Under the pieces are notes generated by a model. It did no database searches and was not told the origin of the DNA. It worked only from the letters and a program-made list of their open reading frames with translations. DNA of 64,000 nt from assembly GCA_965116885.1 (NCBI GenBank), contig OZ220741.1, positions 1,568,001 to 1,632,000 on the forward strand, given 5' to 3'. Each line of letters begins with the position of its first letter. Within the stretch, counting starts at the first letter, position 1. Positions 10,261 through 19,613 of this stretch are shown in pieces. The DNA is from Candidatus Latescibacterota bacterium. Its GTDB lineage: Bacteria > Latescibacterota > UBA2968. A program made the translations under genes and the position numbers.

Positions 10261-11775
10261 CTAAATCCCATACAACGGTTCGTACTTTGCCCTCAGATGC
10301 CGCATTAAGGGTTCATGGCTCAGGGGTTTTCCGGTTACGACTTCGATGAGTTCATTTGCGCGGTAGCGCTGACCTTGCGAGTAGATTTTTTCGGTTAGCC
10401 AGTTTTTCAAGGGGTCGAATACGCCTTCGGCAAATTGTGCATTCAGGTCGCCCACGTCCTGGCGCGCTTGTTCAAAGAATTGCGCGGCGTACAGATTGCC
10501 CAGAGAGTATGTTGGAAAGTACCCTATCCCTCCGCCGCTCCAGTGTATGTCTTGCAAACACCCCAGAGCATCGTCCGGGGGTGTTAGTCCCAGATATTTT
10601 TCAAATGTTTCGTTCCAGACGCCAGGGATATCTTCGGCTTTTAACTCGCCATCGATCAGTGCTTGTTCGAGTTCAAAGCGCAACATGATGTGCAAATTGT
10701 ACGTGGCTTCGTCGGCTTCTACGCGAATATATGAGGGGGCGACGGCGTTGACTGCCGCGTAGAAGTCGCGTTCGGATACATCGCTTAGTGCGTCTGGAAA
10801 TGCGGCTTGCACTTTGGGGTAGAAGTGTGCCCAAAATGCCTCACTGCGGCCGACGAAGTTTTCCCACATGCGCGATTGTGATTCGTGGATGCCCAGGGAT
10901 ATGGATGATCCCATTGGGGTTCCGTAATGTTCGTCGTTTAATCCCTGGTCGTATATGCCGTGGCCCGCTTCGTGCATGATGCTGAAAAAGGATTCGGAAA
11001 AGAAGTGTGTGTTATAACGCGTGGTCAGGCGGGTGTCGCCCGGTCCAATGCCGCTGCAAAATGGGTGGGTGGTGATGTCTAAGCGCCCGTGGTCAAAGTT
11101 GAAGCCGATTTGCGCGGCTGCGGTTTTTCCAAATGCTTCTTGCTGGTCTATGGGGTATGTGCGCGTGAGGATGTTTTCATCGGGTTTTTTGCCGGATTCG
11201 GCGATTGCGCCTACGAGTTCGACGAGTTCGTCGCGCAAGCCCGAGAAGACCCGGGTCAGGTTTTCAGTGGTTTCGCCGGGTTCATAGTCGTCTAATAGCG
11301 TGTCGTAAGATGTTTCGCCGGTGTTTAGCGCATTTACTTGTTGGTGTTTTAGATCAAGGATCTTTGTGAGATGGGGTTGGAACAGGGCGTAGTCCGATTT
11401 TTCGCGTGCTTCTCGCCATACTTGTTGCGAGATGGTGGCTACGCGGGCGAGTTCTTCGACGAGGGATCGGGGCAGTTTGATAGCCCGATCGTAGTCCCGG
11501 CGAAGTTCTCGTATGTTGACTGCGGCTTCGGAACGGGGGTCGGAGATCAGGTCGCTGTTTTCTATTTCAGAGAGCCAGTCGCCGATTTGAGGGGCGGTTG
11601 CGCGTTCGTGTATCATGCCCGTGAGCAATGCGAGTTGTTCGGCGCGATGCCCAGCTCCGCCTTTGGGCATGTAGGTCTGTTTGTCCCAACCCAATACACC
11701 GGCACAGGATCCCAGGAGGGAGATTTGTTTTATTTCTGCAATCAATTTCTGATATGTGGATTTGACATCGGCCAT
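10261..11775 (-). CDS. carboxypeptidase M32
   Basis: HPF, HEAGH, HESQS, IRVEADE, GCLQDIHW, YFPTY. Confidence 0.95.
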   Translation of the reverse strand: MADVKSTYQKLIAEIKQISLLGSCAGVLGWDKQTYMPKGGAGHRAEQLALLTGMIHERATAPQIGDWLSEIENSDLISDPRSEAAVNIRELRRDYDRAIKLPRSLVEELARVATISQQVWREAREKSDYALFQPHLTKILDLKHQQVNALNTGETSYDTLLDDYEPGETTENLTRVFSGLRDELVELVGAIAESGKKPDENILTRTYPIDQQEAFGKTAAAQIGFNFDHGRLDITTHPFCSGIGPGDTRLTTRYNTHFFSESFFSIMHEAGHGIYDQGLNDEHYGTPMGSSISLGIHESQSRMWENFVGRSEAFWAHFYPKVQAAFPDALSDVSERDFYAAVNAVAPSYIRVEADEATYNLHIMLRFELEQALIDGELKAEDIPGVWNETFEKYLGLTPPDDALGCLQDIHWSGGGIGYFPTYSLGNLYAAQFFEQARQDVGDLNAQFAEGVFDPLKNWLTEKIYSQGQRYRANELIEVVTGKPLSHEPLMRHLRAKYEPLYGI

Positions 11776-11801
11776 TTTTGCTCCTCGTTTGTCATTTGAC
11801 T

Positions 11802-11833
11802 GTCATCGCGGCATGATTGTAGCCGTGATCCAG
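11802..11833. repeat. REP-like hairpin GTCATCGCGGC-N-GCCG(C/T)GATCCAG
   Basis: Related copies at 41089-41129 and 44158-44197. Confidence 0.7.
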
Positions 11834-12044
11834 ATGATGGTTTTTCAATGCGACGCATGCACAGCAAAATCTACGTGCCTTCCATGCACCCGTCAAGCGC
11901 AAATACGGTTCTTCAAGTATCCGTCGCACTTCTGGTCTCAAAAGCCGGAAAGTCTGAACACACAATCAGAAAAGCACTTGAAAGAAGACGCAATTCTGAG
12001 TATGCTTTGTGGAAACTGGTCAGAGTAAACAATGTGAGGACTTT

Positions 12045-12797
12045 ATGGCACGCGATATTATCCAGAATCTTGTCGATGCGTTTTCAACAGAACCCGTGTG
12101 TGTGGCTGATGCGCTGTCGGATGGGCGGTTTTTTTTGGATGAGAAATACGATGCGCTGTCCCGGCGGCTCGGCGATCTGTTCTGGTTGCCTGTGTCACAT
12201 GCTTATGTCGTGTTCTGTTATGCGTATAGCGCGTTGTTCGGGATTCCCGATTTTACGCGTGAAGCCCTGATGCGCCAGCCCGATCGGTTTTCGCAAAAGC
12301 GTTTGGCGCTGACGATTCGCTCGACGAGTGGTTTTGTACTCGATGGTTTTGGCTATGACCGTCGCACGGAGCGGTATCGCAAAGATATTTATTGGCCCGG
12401 TCCGGTTATTCGCAGTGTGCATGTGGAGAGTCCCAGGCACAATAAGGCGCGGATTTCCAATCTGGCAATGGCGTATTTTGGGTATCATCTCATCCGCGCG
12501 GCAGAGTGGCTTTCTGTACATCGCGAGAATACGGATTTTGCCAGAGAACGTCGGCGGCACTATGATTTTGTTGGTGACTTTTTCCGCACGGCTGATTATC
12601 CTTTCCCTGTGGGTCGCCGCGACGCGAGGGAATTTTCGAGGCAGGTCGATGGGTTGCTGGCTGGGGATGACTGTGCGGATTGCTGGCATAACATCCGCCA
12701 CGCAGCAAGAGATCTGGACGTAGGTCTCGATCTCGATGATCTCGCGTCTTTTTTGCCGAAACGCACGGGTGTATTTTTTAGGCAAGCGGTTTTTTAA
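12045..12797 (+). CDS. hypothetical protein, possibly MpaB/rubber-oxygenase-like (globin fold)
   Basis: GAGGA RBS; KRLALT, IRSVH, ISNLAMAY, ERRRHY pattern loosely resembles the MpaB/Lcp family. Confidence 0.45.
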   Translation: MARDIIQNLVDAFSTEPVCVADALSDGRFFLDEKYDALSRRLGDLFWLPVSHAYVVFCYAYSALFGIPDFTREALMRQPDRFSQKRLALTIRSTSGFVLDGFGYDRRTERYRKDIYWPGPVIRSVHVESPRHNKARISNLAMAYFGYHLIRAAEWLSVHRENTDFARERRRHYDFVGDFFRTADYPFPVGRRDAREFSRQVDGLLAGDDCADCWHNIRHAARDLDVGLDLDDLASFLPKRTGVFFRQAVF

Positions 12798-12888
12798 TTC
12801 GTTATAATATAGGAGGCATGATATGTCGAAGAGCCTCTTTCACAAGGTCGCTCATTCGCTTTTCACTCTTTTCAAAAGGAGACGTCAC

Positions 12889-13128
12889 ATGGCCCGGGTA
12901 GAAATTGAATATTGTGCAGCTTGAGGCTATGAAACACAATCCGTCGGGATGACGGATCAAATTGTCAATGCATTTAAGCAGGATATCGAAGCTATTACCC
13001 TGATTCCGTCCAGCGGTGGTCGCTTTGAGGTTACGGTTGATGGCGAACTGGTGTTCTCCAAACTCAAGGAGAAACGCTTTCCGGAATACGAGGAAATTCA
13101 ACCGCATATTCAAAGTCGAATTTCGTGA
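12889..13128 (+). CDS. Rdx/SelW/SelT family selenoprotein (CxxU)
   Basis: AGGAG RBS; MARVEIEYCAA-U(TGA 12922-12924)-GY...LIPSSGGRFEVTVDGELVFSK...RFPE; SECIS-like hairpin downstream. Confidence 0.92.
12939..12957 (+). promoter_or_regulatory. bacterial SECIS-like hairpin
   Basis: ATCCGTC-GGGAT-GACGGAT perfect 7-bp stem; G-rich loop starts 21 nt after the UGA. Confidence 0.8.
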
Positions 13129-13149
13129 ATTGGGGATGCTGGAAATAAG

Positions 13150-13176
13150 TGAGCCGGGGTAAAAAACTCCGGCTCA
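13150..13176. terminator. hairpin after the selenoprotein gene
   Basis: TGAGCCGGGGT-AAAAA-ACTCCGGCTCA inverted repeat. Confidence 0.55.
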
Positions 13177-13223
13177 AACTCAGGCGATTAAGGGAAAAAA
13201 GACTGCCGCGGACATTCTAAGCG

Positions 13224-13565
13224 ATGATCACAACAAAGGTTGCGATTATGGAAACAGCCATTCGGGAAATGACGCGCAGAATTATTGAACAATTCAATCC
13301 CATAAAGATCGTTCTTTTTGGGTCTCATGCGCGAGGGACTGCTGTTTCGGACAGTGATATTGATCTTTTGGTTATCAAAAAAATAGAAGGCTCCAAACGC
13401 AAGGAGCGAGTCGCTATAGGCATTGCCCTTCACGATATCCATGTACCAAAGGATATTATTGTTGCCTCGCCCGAAGAGGTTGCAAAATTCGGAAACACTG
13501 TAGGCACAGTATTATATCCCGCCCTGAAAGAAGGCAAAGTACTATATGAAAAAACCCTCGTCTGA
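13224..13565 (+). CDS. minimal nucleotidyltransferase (MNT antitoxin)
   Basis: LFGSHARG...SDIDLLV. Confidence 0.9.
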   Translation: MITTKVAIMETAIREMTRRIIEQFNPIKIVLFGSHARGTAVSDSDIDLLVIKKIEGSKRKERVAIGIALHDIHVPKDIIVASPEEVAKFGNTVGTVLYPALKEGKVLYEKTLV

Positions 13566-13965
13566 AACTATAGTACTGGTCAAAGAATGGATATTCTATG
13601 CCGAAGAGGATTTCAGAAATGCAGAGCATACACTGACTATGACGGAGGATTGTCCCTTCAGTACGGTCTGTTTTCACGCTCAGCAAGTTGTAGAAAAATA
13701 TATCAAAGCTTTTTTGACATTGCGTACAATCCCGTTTGCCCGAACCCACGATATCGAAAATCTTATTCATCAACTCCCAGAAGATATTCAGATTCCATTA
13801 TCTATTGAGGAACAACGTCTGCTCACTGATTATGCAACGGTCAGTCGTTATCCCGGCGAATGGGAACCGATTGATCGCTGTGACGCAAAATCAGCAGTCG
13901 CACTTGCAAAAAAAGTCCGCGAAATGATTCGCCCGCTTTTTCCGTCTAAAACGTTAGAATCTTGA
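13546..13965 (+). CDS. HEPN domain protein (MNT-HEPN toxin-antitoxin partner)
   Basis: [20 protein letters not shown]; overlaps the MNT gene. Confidence 0.9.
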   Translation: MKKPSSETIVLVKEWIFYAEEDFRNAEHTLTMTEDCPFSTVCFHAQQVVEKYIKAFLTLRTIPFARTHDIENLIHQLPEDIQIPLSIEEQRLLTDYATVSRYPGEWEPIDRCDAKSAVALAKKVREMIRPLFPSKTLES

Positions 13966-14032
13966 TCTATTTTTTATTTTTTTAGGAAACCCATTCCCAA
14001 ACCTTTTTAGCGATTTAATCACGGAGGCTTTT

Positions 14033-15070
14033 ATGAGCGATCTCAATGTCGGCATTGTTGGACTCGGCTGGGTAGCTGGGGCACATATTGATACGTTTAA
14101 GGCGGTCAACGGTGCAAATGTCACGGCGATATGTTCTCGTCGGGATCACAACGAAGATGATCTTGCGGCACAATACGGCACGCCTTTGAAGGCGTATAAG
14201 AATTACGATGATATGATCGCAGATCCCGATATTCATATTATCGATATTTGCACGCCACACAAATTTCACGCCGATCAGGCGGTTGCGGCTGCCGAGGCGG
14301 GCAAGCACCTGCTTATCGAAAAACCTATATGTCTGTCTTATGAGGACCTCAAACGGGTGCGCGATGCGATTGTAGCAGCCGGGGTGCAATCCTGTGTTTG
14401 TTTTGAGTGTCGCTTTAGCGCGCACTTTTCTATGATCCGCTCGATTATTGACGAGGGGTTGCTCGGCGAGTTGCACTATGGCGAGGTTGATTACTACCAC
14501 GGGATTGGTCCCTGGTATGGTCAATTTGAATGGAATGTGAAGAAGGATTTTGCCGGGTCGAGTTTGCTCACTGCGGGATGTCACGCTCTGGATGCGTGTC
14601 TATTCTTTATGGATGGCGATGTGGAGGAGGTGACCAGCCTGGCTACGAGATCGAAATCCGATATTTTTGAACCTTATGAATACGATACGACCACGGTTTC
14701 TCTTCTCAAATTTGCCAATGGGAATGCGGCAAAGGTGACTTCGTGTGTCGATTGCTTGCAGCCCTATTATTTTCATATTCATCTCGTGGGTTCCGAAGGT
14801 AGTTTGCTGGACAATCGGATCTATTCGCACAAGTTGCACGGCATGAGCAAAGAGAGGTGGAGTACGCTGGAGACGTCGCTGATTGACTCTGGGGATGTGG
14901 CAGATCATCCCTATGAGCCGCAGTTCCAGGCGTTTGTAGATGGTATCAATGCGAATGAGCCGATGCCGCGCACGAATTTTGATATTGCTTTTGAGACCCA
15001 TCGCGTCAATTTTGCCGCCGATCTTTCGGCGTCGGAGGGACGCACGGTCCAGCTTTCGGAATTTGACTGA
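14033..15070 (+). CDS. Gfo/Idh/MocA family oxidoreductase
   Basis: [21 protein letters not shown]. Confidence 0.92.
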   Translation: MSDLNVGIVGLGWVAGAHIDTFKAVNGANVTAICSRRDHNEDDLAAQYGTPLKAYKNYDDMIADPDIHIIDICTPHKFHADQAVAAAEAGKHLLIEKPICLSYEDLKRVRDAIVAAGVQSCVCFECRFSAHFSMIRSIIDEGLLGELHYGEVDYYHGIGPWYGQFEWNVKKDFAGSSLLTAGCHALDACLFFMDGDVEEVTSLATRSKSDIFEPYEYDTTTVSLLKFANGNAAKVTSCVDCLQPYYFHIHLVGSEGSLLDNRIYSHKLHGMSKERWSTLETSLIDSGDVADHPYEPQFQAFVDGINANEPMPRTNFDIAFETHRVNFAADLSASEGRTVQLSEFD

Positions 15071-15090
15071 GGGGACGATGATTACGACAG

Positions 15091-15126
15091 AAACCCACTC
15101 GCGAGGATGGCGGGTGGGTTTTTTTT
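15091..15126 (+). terminator. intrinsic terminator
   Basis: AACCCACTCGC-N7-GCGGGTGGGTT followed by a T-run. Confidence 0.8.
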
Positions 15127-15138
15127 ATGCCATCTGAC

Positions 15139-15207
15139 GGACGGGCACGGGGGCACCGCCCCTACGGTTAATCATTCAGGTGTAGGGGACGGCCCCTGTG
15201 CCGTCCC
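15139..15207. repeat. pair of GTAG-family REP palindromes
   Basis: Same two units and arrangement as 4759-4833. Confidence 0.8.
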
Positions 15208-15975
15208 GATGTGTTGAATTTGATACAGGAGGATGCCGGTTGCGACTGCAATGTTGAGCGATTCGACCGGGGCGGCCATGGGTATGGTGACGGTGTGATC
15301 GGATAGGGCGAGGAGGGCGGGGTCAATGCCAAAGGCTTCGTTGCCGAGGAGGAGGGCAACGGGTTTTTGGGGTTGGAGTTTGTGGAAGGAGATGCCGCTG
15401 GTGTGTGCTGCGATGATCTGGATGTTGCGCTGGCGGAGTTGGTGTAACAGGGCGGGTCCGTCCTGGAGGGGGAAGACGGGCATGCGAAAGATGGCACCCA
15501 TGGTGGCGCGCACGACTTTGGGGTTATAGACTTCGACCGATCCGCGAGTGAGAAAGATGCCTTTGCATCCGGCGGCTTCGGCTGTTCGCATGATGACGCC
15601 CAGGTTGCCGGGGTCGGAGACGCGGTCGAGGATGAGGAATGGGCCGTTGGTGTTGAGGACGGTTTTGCGATCATAGGTCGGCATTGATACCACGCCGAGT
15701 ACGCCTTGCGGTGTGTCTGTGTCTGACATGTGTTTGAAGGCGCGCCAGTCGGTTTGCTGAATGGGGATGCGCTGTGCAAGGGTCGCCTGGTAGAGGTTTT
15801 CGAGGCGTGTGTTGCGGGCGATGCTTTCGCGGCAGAAGATGAGTTGTTCGAGGGTGTCGCTGCTTTTGAGTGCTTCTTCGCAGAGACGGATGCCCTCTAT
15901 GAGATATTTTTGTTCTGCCTGACGCATTTTGCGGCGTTTCAGGTTCAGAATTTTTTTGGCGTTTTTGATGGCCAT
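15172..15975 (-). CDS. TrmH/SpoU family RNA methyltransferase
   Basis: DPGNLGVIMRTAEAAG, GNEAFG, IPM...ESLNIAVA. Confidence 0.93.
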   Translation of the reverse strand: MAIKNAKKILNLKRRKMRQAEQKYLIEGIRLCEEALKSSDTLEQLIFCRESIARNTRLENLYQATLAQRIPIQQTDWRAFKHMSDTDTPQGVLGVVSMPTYDRKTVLNTNGPFLILDRVSDPGNLGVIMRTAEAAGCKGIFLTRGSVEVYNPKVVRATMGAIFRMPVFPLQDGPALLHQLRQRNIQIIAAHTSGISFHKLQPQKPVALLLGNEAFGIDPALLALSDHTVTIPMAAPVESLNIAVATGILLYQIQHIGTAQGPSPTPE

Positions 15976-15979
15976 GGGG

Positions 15980-16129
15980 CTATGGGGTGTTGTCTTTGGT
16001 GATGGCGGCGCGCAGTTCGCGCAGTTCTTCCCATATTGCTTTTTCGCGTTTGGACAGGCTCAAAAAGTAGAGCAAGATGGCGACCCATATTATGATGTAC
16101 GCCGCAGTCATGTATTCGAGGTGTTGCAT
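15980..16129 (-). CDS. ccmD: CcmD family heme exporter protein
   Basis: 49 aa, AAYIIIW single TM then charged tail, GGAGG RBS, follows ccmC. Confidence 0.8.
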   Translation of the reverse strand: MQHLEYMTAAYIIIWVAILLYFLSLSKREKAIWEELRELRAAITKDNTP

Positions 16130-16234
16130 AAATGCCTCCGTGACGAATAGACGAATAGACGAATCCCGCCCTGCCACCCAAAGTCGTTACGAGCTTCGAT
16201 GACAGGTATAAGAAAGTAAAAAAAAAGTTTATTT

Positions 16235-16924
16235 TCAATCCCGAATTTCAGCTTTGAGTGATTCGAGTTCGTCTCGTGCCTTTGCAAGTGATACGCGCTT
16301 GAAGAGCAGGGCGAAAAAGAGCGCGAAGAAGGTGATGACGCAAAAGAAAAAAGCGATTTTCATGTCGGGCGGCAGGCTGATTTCTTCGCCGCGCACCACT
16401 TCGGGGTGGTGCGTGCGCCACAGTTTGGTGGCGTAGTGGATGAAGGGTACGTTGAGGAAGCCGATTATGCCGAGGACTGCGCGAAAGCGCGCACTTTGAA
16501 CCGGATCTTCGAGGTAGGCGCGCAACATGTGATACGCCGCGAGAATGAGCCAGAGTATGAGTGTGAGTGTGAGTTGCGCATCCCAGACCCACCACGCGCC
16601 CCAGATGGGTTTTGCCCAGATCGCACCTGTGATTAAGACCAGGGTGCCAAAGAGCAGGCTTACTTCGGCTGAACACGCCGCCCATAAGTCGCAGTTTTTG
16701 TCGCGTTTCCAGAGATAGAAGATGCTGAAGACAAAGCAGAGAAAGCTGCCCAAGAACATTGAGAAAGCAGATGGGACGTGGTAGTAGAAGATTTTTTGTG
16801 CCAGTCCCATTTCTTTTTCTATTCCGGCGTAAACGAATACCAGATAGGGTGCGATGGATAGACAGATGAGCGCAAGAATACCGAAGACAAATGGAAGGAT
16901 GTAGGGTTTTTGGGGCATTGTCAA
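16235..16924 (-). CDS. ccmC: heme exporter protein C
   Basis: IFYYHVPSA, WAKPIWGAWWVWD (WWD domain), RTHHP. Confidence 0.93.
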   Translation of the reverse strand: MTMPQKPYILPFVFGILALICLSIAPYLVFVYAGIEKEMGLAQKIFYYHVPSAFSMFLGSFLCFVFSIFYLWKRDKNCDLWAACSAEVSLLFGTLVLITGAIWAKPIWGAWWVWDAQLTLTLILWLILAAYHMLRAYLEDPVQSARFRAVLGIIGFLNVPFIHYATKLWRTHHPEVVRGEEISLPPDMKIAFFFCVITFFALFFALLFKRVSLAKARDELESLKAEIRD

Positions 16925-17598
16925 TCCTCCAGAACATATTCAAATAAGAGCAGGCAGGCAGCGATGTAGAGTGTGACAAAAGCACCGCTGAGGACGAGCC
17001 AGTCTGTGATTTCACTGCCTTCGAGAACTGCGCGAAAGGATTCGATGGCTGCGAGAAGTGCCGGGATGAATATGGGCAGTGTGAGCAGGGGTAAGAAGGC
17101 CTCTCGCAATCGGGTGTTGAGCGACATGGCAGAGAAGAGGGTGCCAATGGCTGCAAGACCGAGGGTGCCCAGCAAGATAGGCAGGATTAGACGCGGGAGT
17201 GCCTGTGCGATTTCCAGGTTGAGAAAGATGACAATGATGGGCAAGATGAGCGCCTGGAGTATGAGCATGGTGAGGGTGTTGCCCAGCATTTTGCCCAAAA
17301 AGATCGCACCCGGGTCTGCAGGTGTGAGGCGCAATCCCATCAGGCAGTCGTTTTGTGTTTCAATGGCATAAGATCGACTGAGGCCCAGCAGTCCTGCAAA
17401 AGCTGTGGCGATCCAGAAGATGCCGGGGGCGACGGTTTTTATGATTGGGGATCCAGGTTCATATATAAAATTGAAGATGATGACGATTAGCAATGCGAAA
17501 AAGGCCATGGCACTGAGGCGTTCTCTGGTGCGCCATTCGGTTTTGAGATCTTTTTGAAGAATGGCGAGGGTTTGTGTGAAGAAAAGAGGCATTTTCAA
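16921..17598 (-). CDS. ccmB: heme exporter protein B
   Basis: KDLKTEWR, multiple TMs, LPLLTLPIFIP; alternative ATG at 17592. Confidence 0.92.
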   Translation of the reverse strand: MKMPLFFTQTLAILQKDLKTEWRTRERLSAMAFFALLIVIIFNFIYEPGSPIIKTVAPGIFWIATAFAGLLGLSRSYAIETQNDCLMGLRLTPADPGAIFLGKMLGNTLTMLILQALILPIIVIFLNLEIAQALPRLILPILLGTLGLAAIGTLFSAMSLNTRLREAFLPLLTLPIFIPALLAAIESFRAVLEGSEITDWLVLSGAFVTLYIAACLLLFEYVLED

Positions 17599-18305
17599 AG
17601 GGTGATTTTGGTTTCGTAGAGGGTTTGCAATTCGGATTCACCGATGTCTTTTGTCGATGCTTCGTGTACTAATTGGCCTTGGAAGAGGATGCCAAAGCGG
17701 TCTGCGAGTGCGAGACCCCGCGCGAGGTCGTGTGTGACCAGGAAGATGGTGCGTCCTTCTGCTTTGAGGGTGGTGATCATGTTGGATAATACCGACTGAG
17801 CCGATGTGTCGAGGCCAGTGAAGGGTTCGTCGAGCAAGAGGGTCGATGGGTGGTGCAAGATGGCCCGGGCTATGGCCAGTCTCTGCTTCATGCCCCGGGA
17901 AAATTTGTGTATCCGATCGCGCTGGCGATCTTTCAGGCCAACGGCGAGGAGGACTTCTTCAATGCGGGTATTGAGATTTTGAAGGCCGTACATGCGTCCG
18001 TAAAATGAGAGGTTTTCTCGCGCTGTGAGGTCGTCGTAGAGCATGGTTTGATGCGAGATGAAGCCGATGTTTTTGCGTATTTCATGCGGATTGCGCCGGA
18101 TGTTTATACCGCTGACCCAGATGTCGCCCGATGATGGTTTTGATAGTGTGGCGATGAGGCGCAACAGGGTTGTTTTGCCCGCTCCGTTTGGGCCAAAGAG
18201 TGCAAAAACACATCCCGTTGATACGGTGAGGTTTATGTCTTGCAGGGCCGTGATATGACCAAAACGGCGGGTTGTGTTCTGTATGTCAATGGCCGATGTG
18301 TTCAT
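17595..18305 (-). CDS. ccmA: heme ABC exporter ATP-binding protein
   Basis: GPNGAGKT, FSRGMKQR, LLLDEP; upstream of ccmBC. Confidence 0.9.
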   Translation of the reverse strand: MNTSAIDIQNTTRRFGHITALQDINLTVSTGCVFALFGPNGAGKTTLLRLIATLSKPSSGDIWVSGINIRRNPHEIRKNIGFISHQTMLYDDLTARENLSFYGRMYGLQNLNTRIEEVLLAVGLKDRQRDRIHKFSRGMKQRLAIARAILHHPSTLLLDEPFTGLDTSAQSVLSNMITTLKAEGRTIFLVTHDLARGLALADRFGILFQGQLVHEASTKDIGESELQTLYETKITL

Positions 18306-19336
18306 TAGTTGCTATCTGATAGATCAATGACTTCGGCTTTGAGGGCATTGCGCCTGTTTTTGTAATCGTCTTCTGAGAGGTTGCCGCTTTCATATCGCTC
18401 GTCGAGGTCGGCGATTTGTTCGAGCAGTATTGTGCGCCGGTTGGGCGTTGTTTTGAGCGAGCGCATGTAGATGACGAGGATTGCGACGACGACCACACTG
18501 GCAGCAGCGATCCATATTGGGGTTTGTAAATTGGATGCGGTCTCGGCTGATGAGAGTTTGATGTCAATTTGTGTGCCGGGCGCGAGTTGTTCGGCGCCAA
18601 AGCGCTGAAAGACATGATCGCCCAGGGTTATGCCGCCGAGGTCTCGAAGTACTGTTGTGGAGATGGGGGTATCGGCTGGCTGGACGAACAAGTCCATGCC
18701 CGCGGTGGGATAGGTGATGCGTTGTGCGATGCGGTTGGACGGGGGTATGGCAAATGTGAAGAAGGTCTGGCTATTTCCCGGGATGATGGGGCGCGGGTCA
18801 ACGAGCAATGTGCCGTGCAGGTGTACGCCTTGCGGTGCGCGGATAAAGTCGGTTACGCCGTCGGGCAGGGGTATTTCCAGGCCGTGACCGTGGTCGCCGC
18901 CCGTGAGGTAGGTGCGGTCGCCGTGGTTGTGTACGATGAAGATGTATGTGACTGTGCCAGCCTGGGCGTCGAGGAGGATGTGGTGTGAGGATAGGGATAT
19001 GGCGGTGTCGGATTCCGTGGTTTCAAATACGGGGATGTCAACGGTGTCGCCCGCAGGTGCCGGGTTGCCGGGATAGTCAATGCCGTTGTATCGGGCGAAT
19101 AGCATGGGCGGTGGTTCGGCGCCCGGGTCTGAGGGAACGTCGAGGATGAATTGGCCTTTGCTGTCGGTGGTGTCGCGCATTACGGTGACGTCTCCAGTCT
19201 CATGGAGGATGTACGAGACTTCGACATCGGGTTCGGGACGGTTGAGGGTCTGGTTGATGACGCGACCCGTAAGCGCGAAGGTAGGGGTGGAGATAAGAAG
19301 TGTGAGGAATGCGATGAGGGATATAAATAGTTGCAT
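18305..19336 (-). CDS. ccm-associated exported protein (carboxypeptidase-regulatory-like domain, C-terminal TM and helical tail)
   Basis: Signal peptide, LTGRVIN..TTDSKGQF beta-sandwich, C-terminal TM, IADLDERYESG.LSEDDY tail. Confidence 0.7.
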   Translation of the reverse strand: MQLFISLIAFLTLLISTPTFALTGRVINQTLNRPEPDVEVSYILHETGDVTVMRDTTDSKGQFILDVPSDPGAEPPPMLFARYNGIDYPGNPAPAGDTVDIPVFETTESDTAISLSSHHILLDAQAGTVTYIFIVHNHGDRTYLTGGDHGHGLEIPLPDGVTDFIRAPQGVHLHGTLLVDPRPIIPGNSQTFFTFAIPPSNRIAQRITYPTAGMDLFVQPADTPISTTVLRDLGGITLGDHVFQRFGAEQLAPGTQIDIKLSSAETASNLQTPIWIAAASVVVVAILVIYMRSLKTTPNRRTILLEQIADLDERYESGNLSEDDYKNRRNALKAEVIDLSDSN

Positions 19337-19355
19337 TTTGTTCTCGCGTTTCAAG

Positions 19356-19613
19356 TCACGCATCTAACATGCGCTGAAATGCCTCGAGATTGGGCACCTG
19401 TATCGCCGCACGGAGCAACTGCTTGAGGCGTTGCAAATCGTCTATGGCGGCAATGCGGTCAGATATGGGATGCGCTTCGCTCAGGTCAAATCGAATCTCC
19501 AACACTTCGAGGATAGCTTCGATCGTGCTTTTTCTTTCCCCTTGCTCAATACCTTCCTCTCTGCCCTCTCGCTTAAAGTATTGAATAAGGGATGATTCGC
19601 GGATCAGATCCAT
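19356..19613 (-). CDS. putative nested in-frame small protein (RpnS-like antitoxin), 85 aa
   Basis: AAGGAGG-GTCTC-ATG inside the rpn gene, just before the C-terminal domain. Confidence 0.65.
   Translation of the reverse strand: MDLIRESSLIQYFKREGREEGIEQGERKSTIEAILEVLEIRFDLSEAHPISDRIAAIDDLQRLKQLLRAAIQVPNLEAFQRMLDA

Noticed and set aside
11863..11880. Sigma-54 promoter for the M32 peptidase (GGCAC...TTGC on the minus strand)
   Set aside because: GG-to-GC spacing is 12 nt rather than the required 10
12802..13113. 103-aa minus-strand ORF
   Set aside because: Shadow of the plus-strand selenoprotein gene
13224..13965. MNT-HEPN pair as a novel system
   Set aside because: Well-known widespread TA-like pair; apparently intact, and no flanking repeat was found
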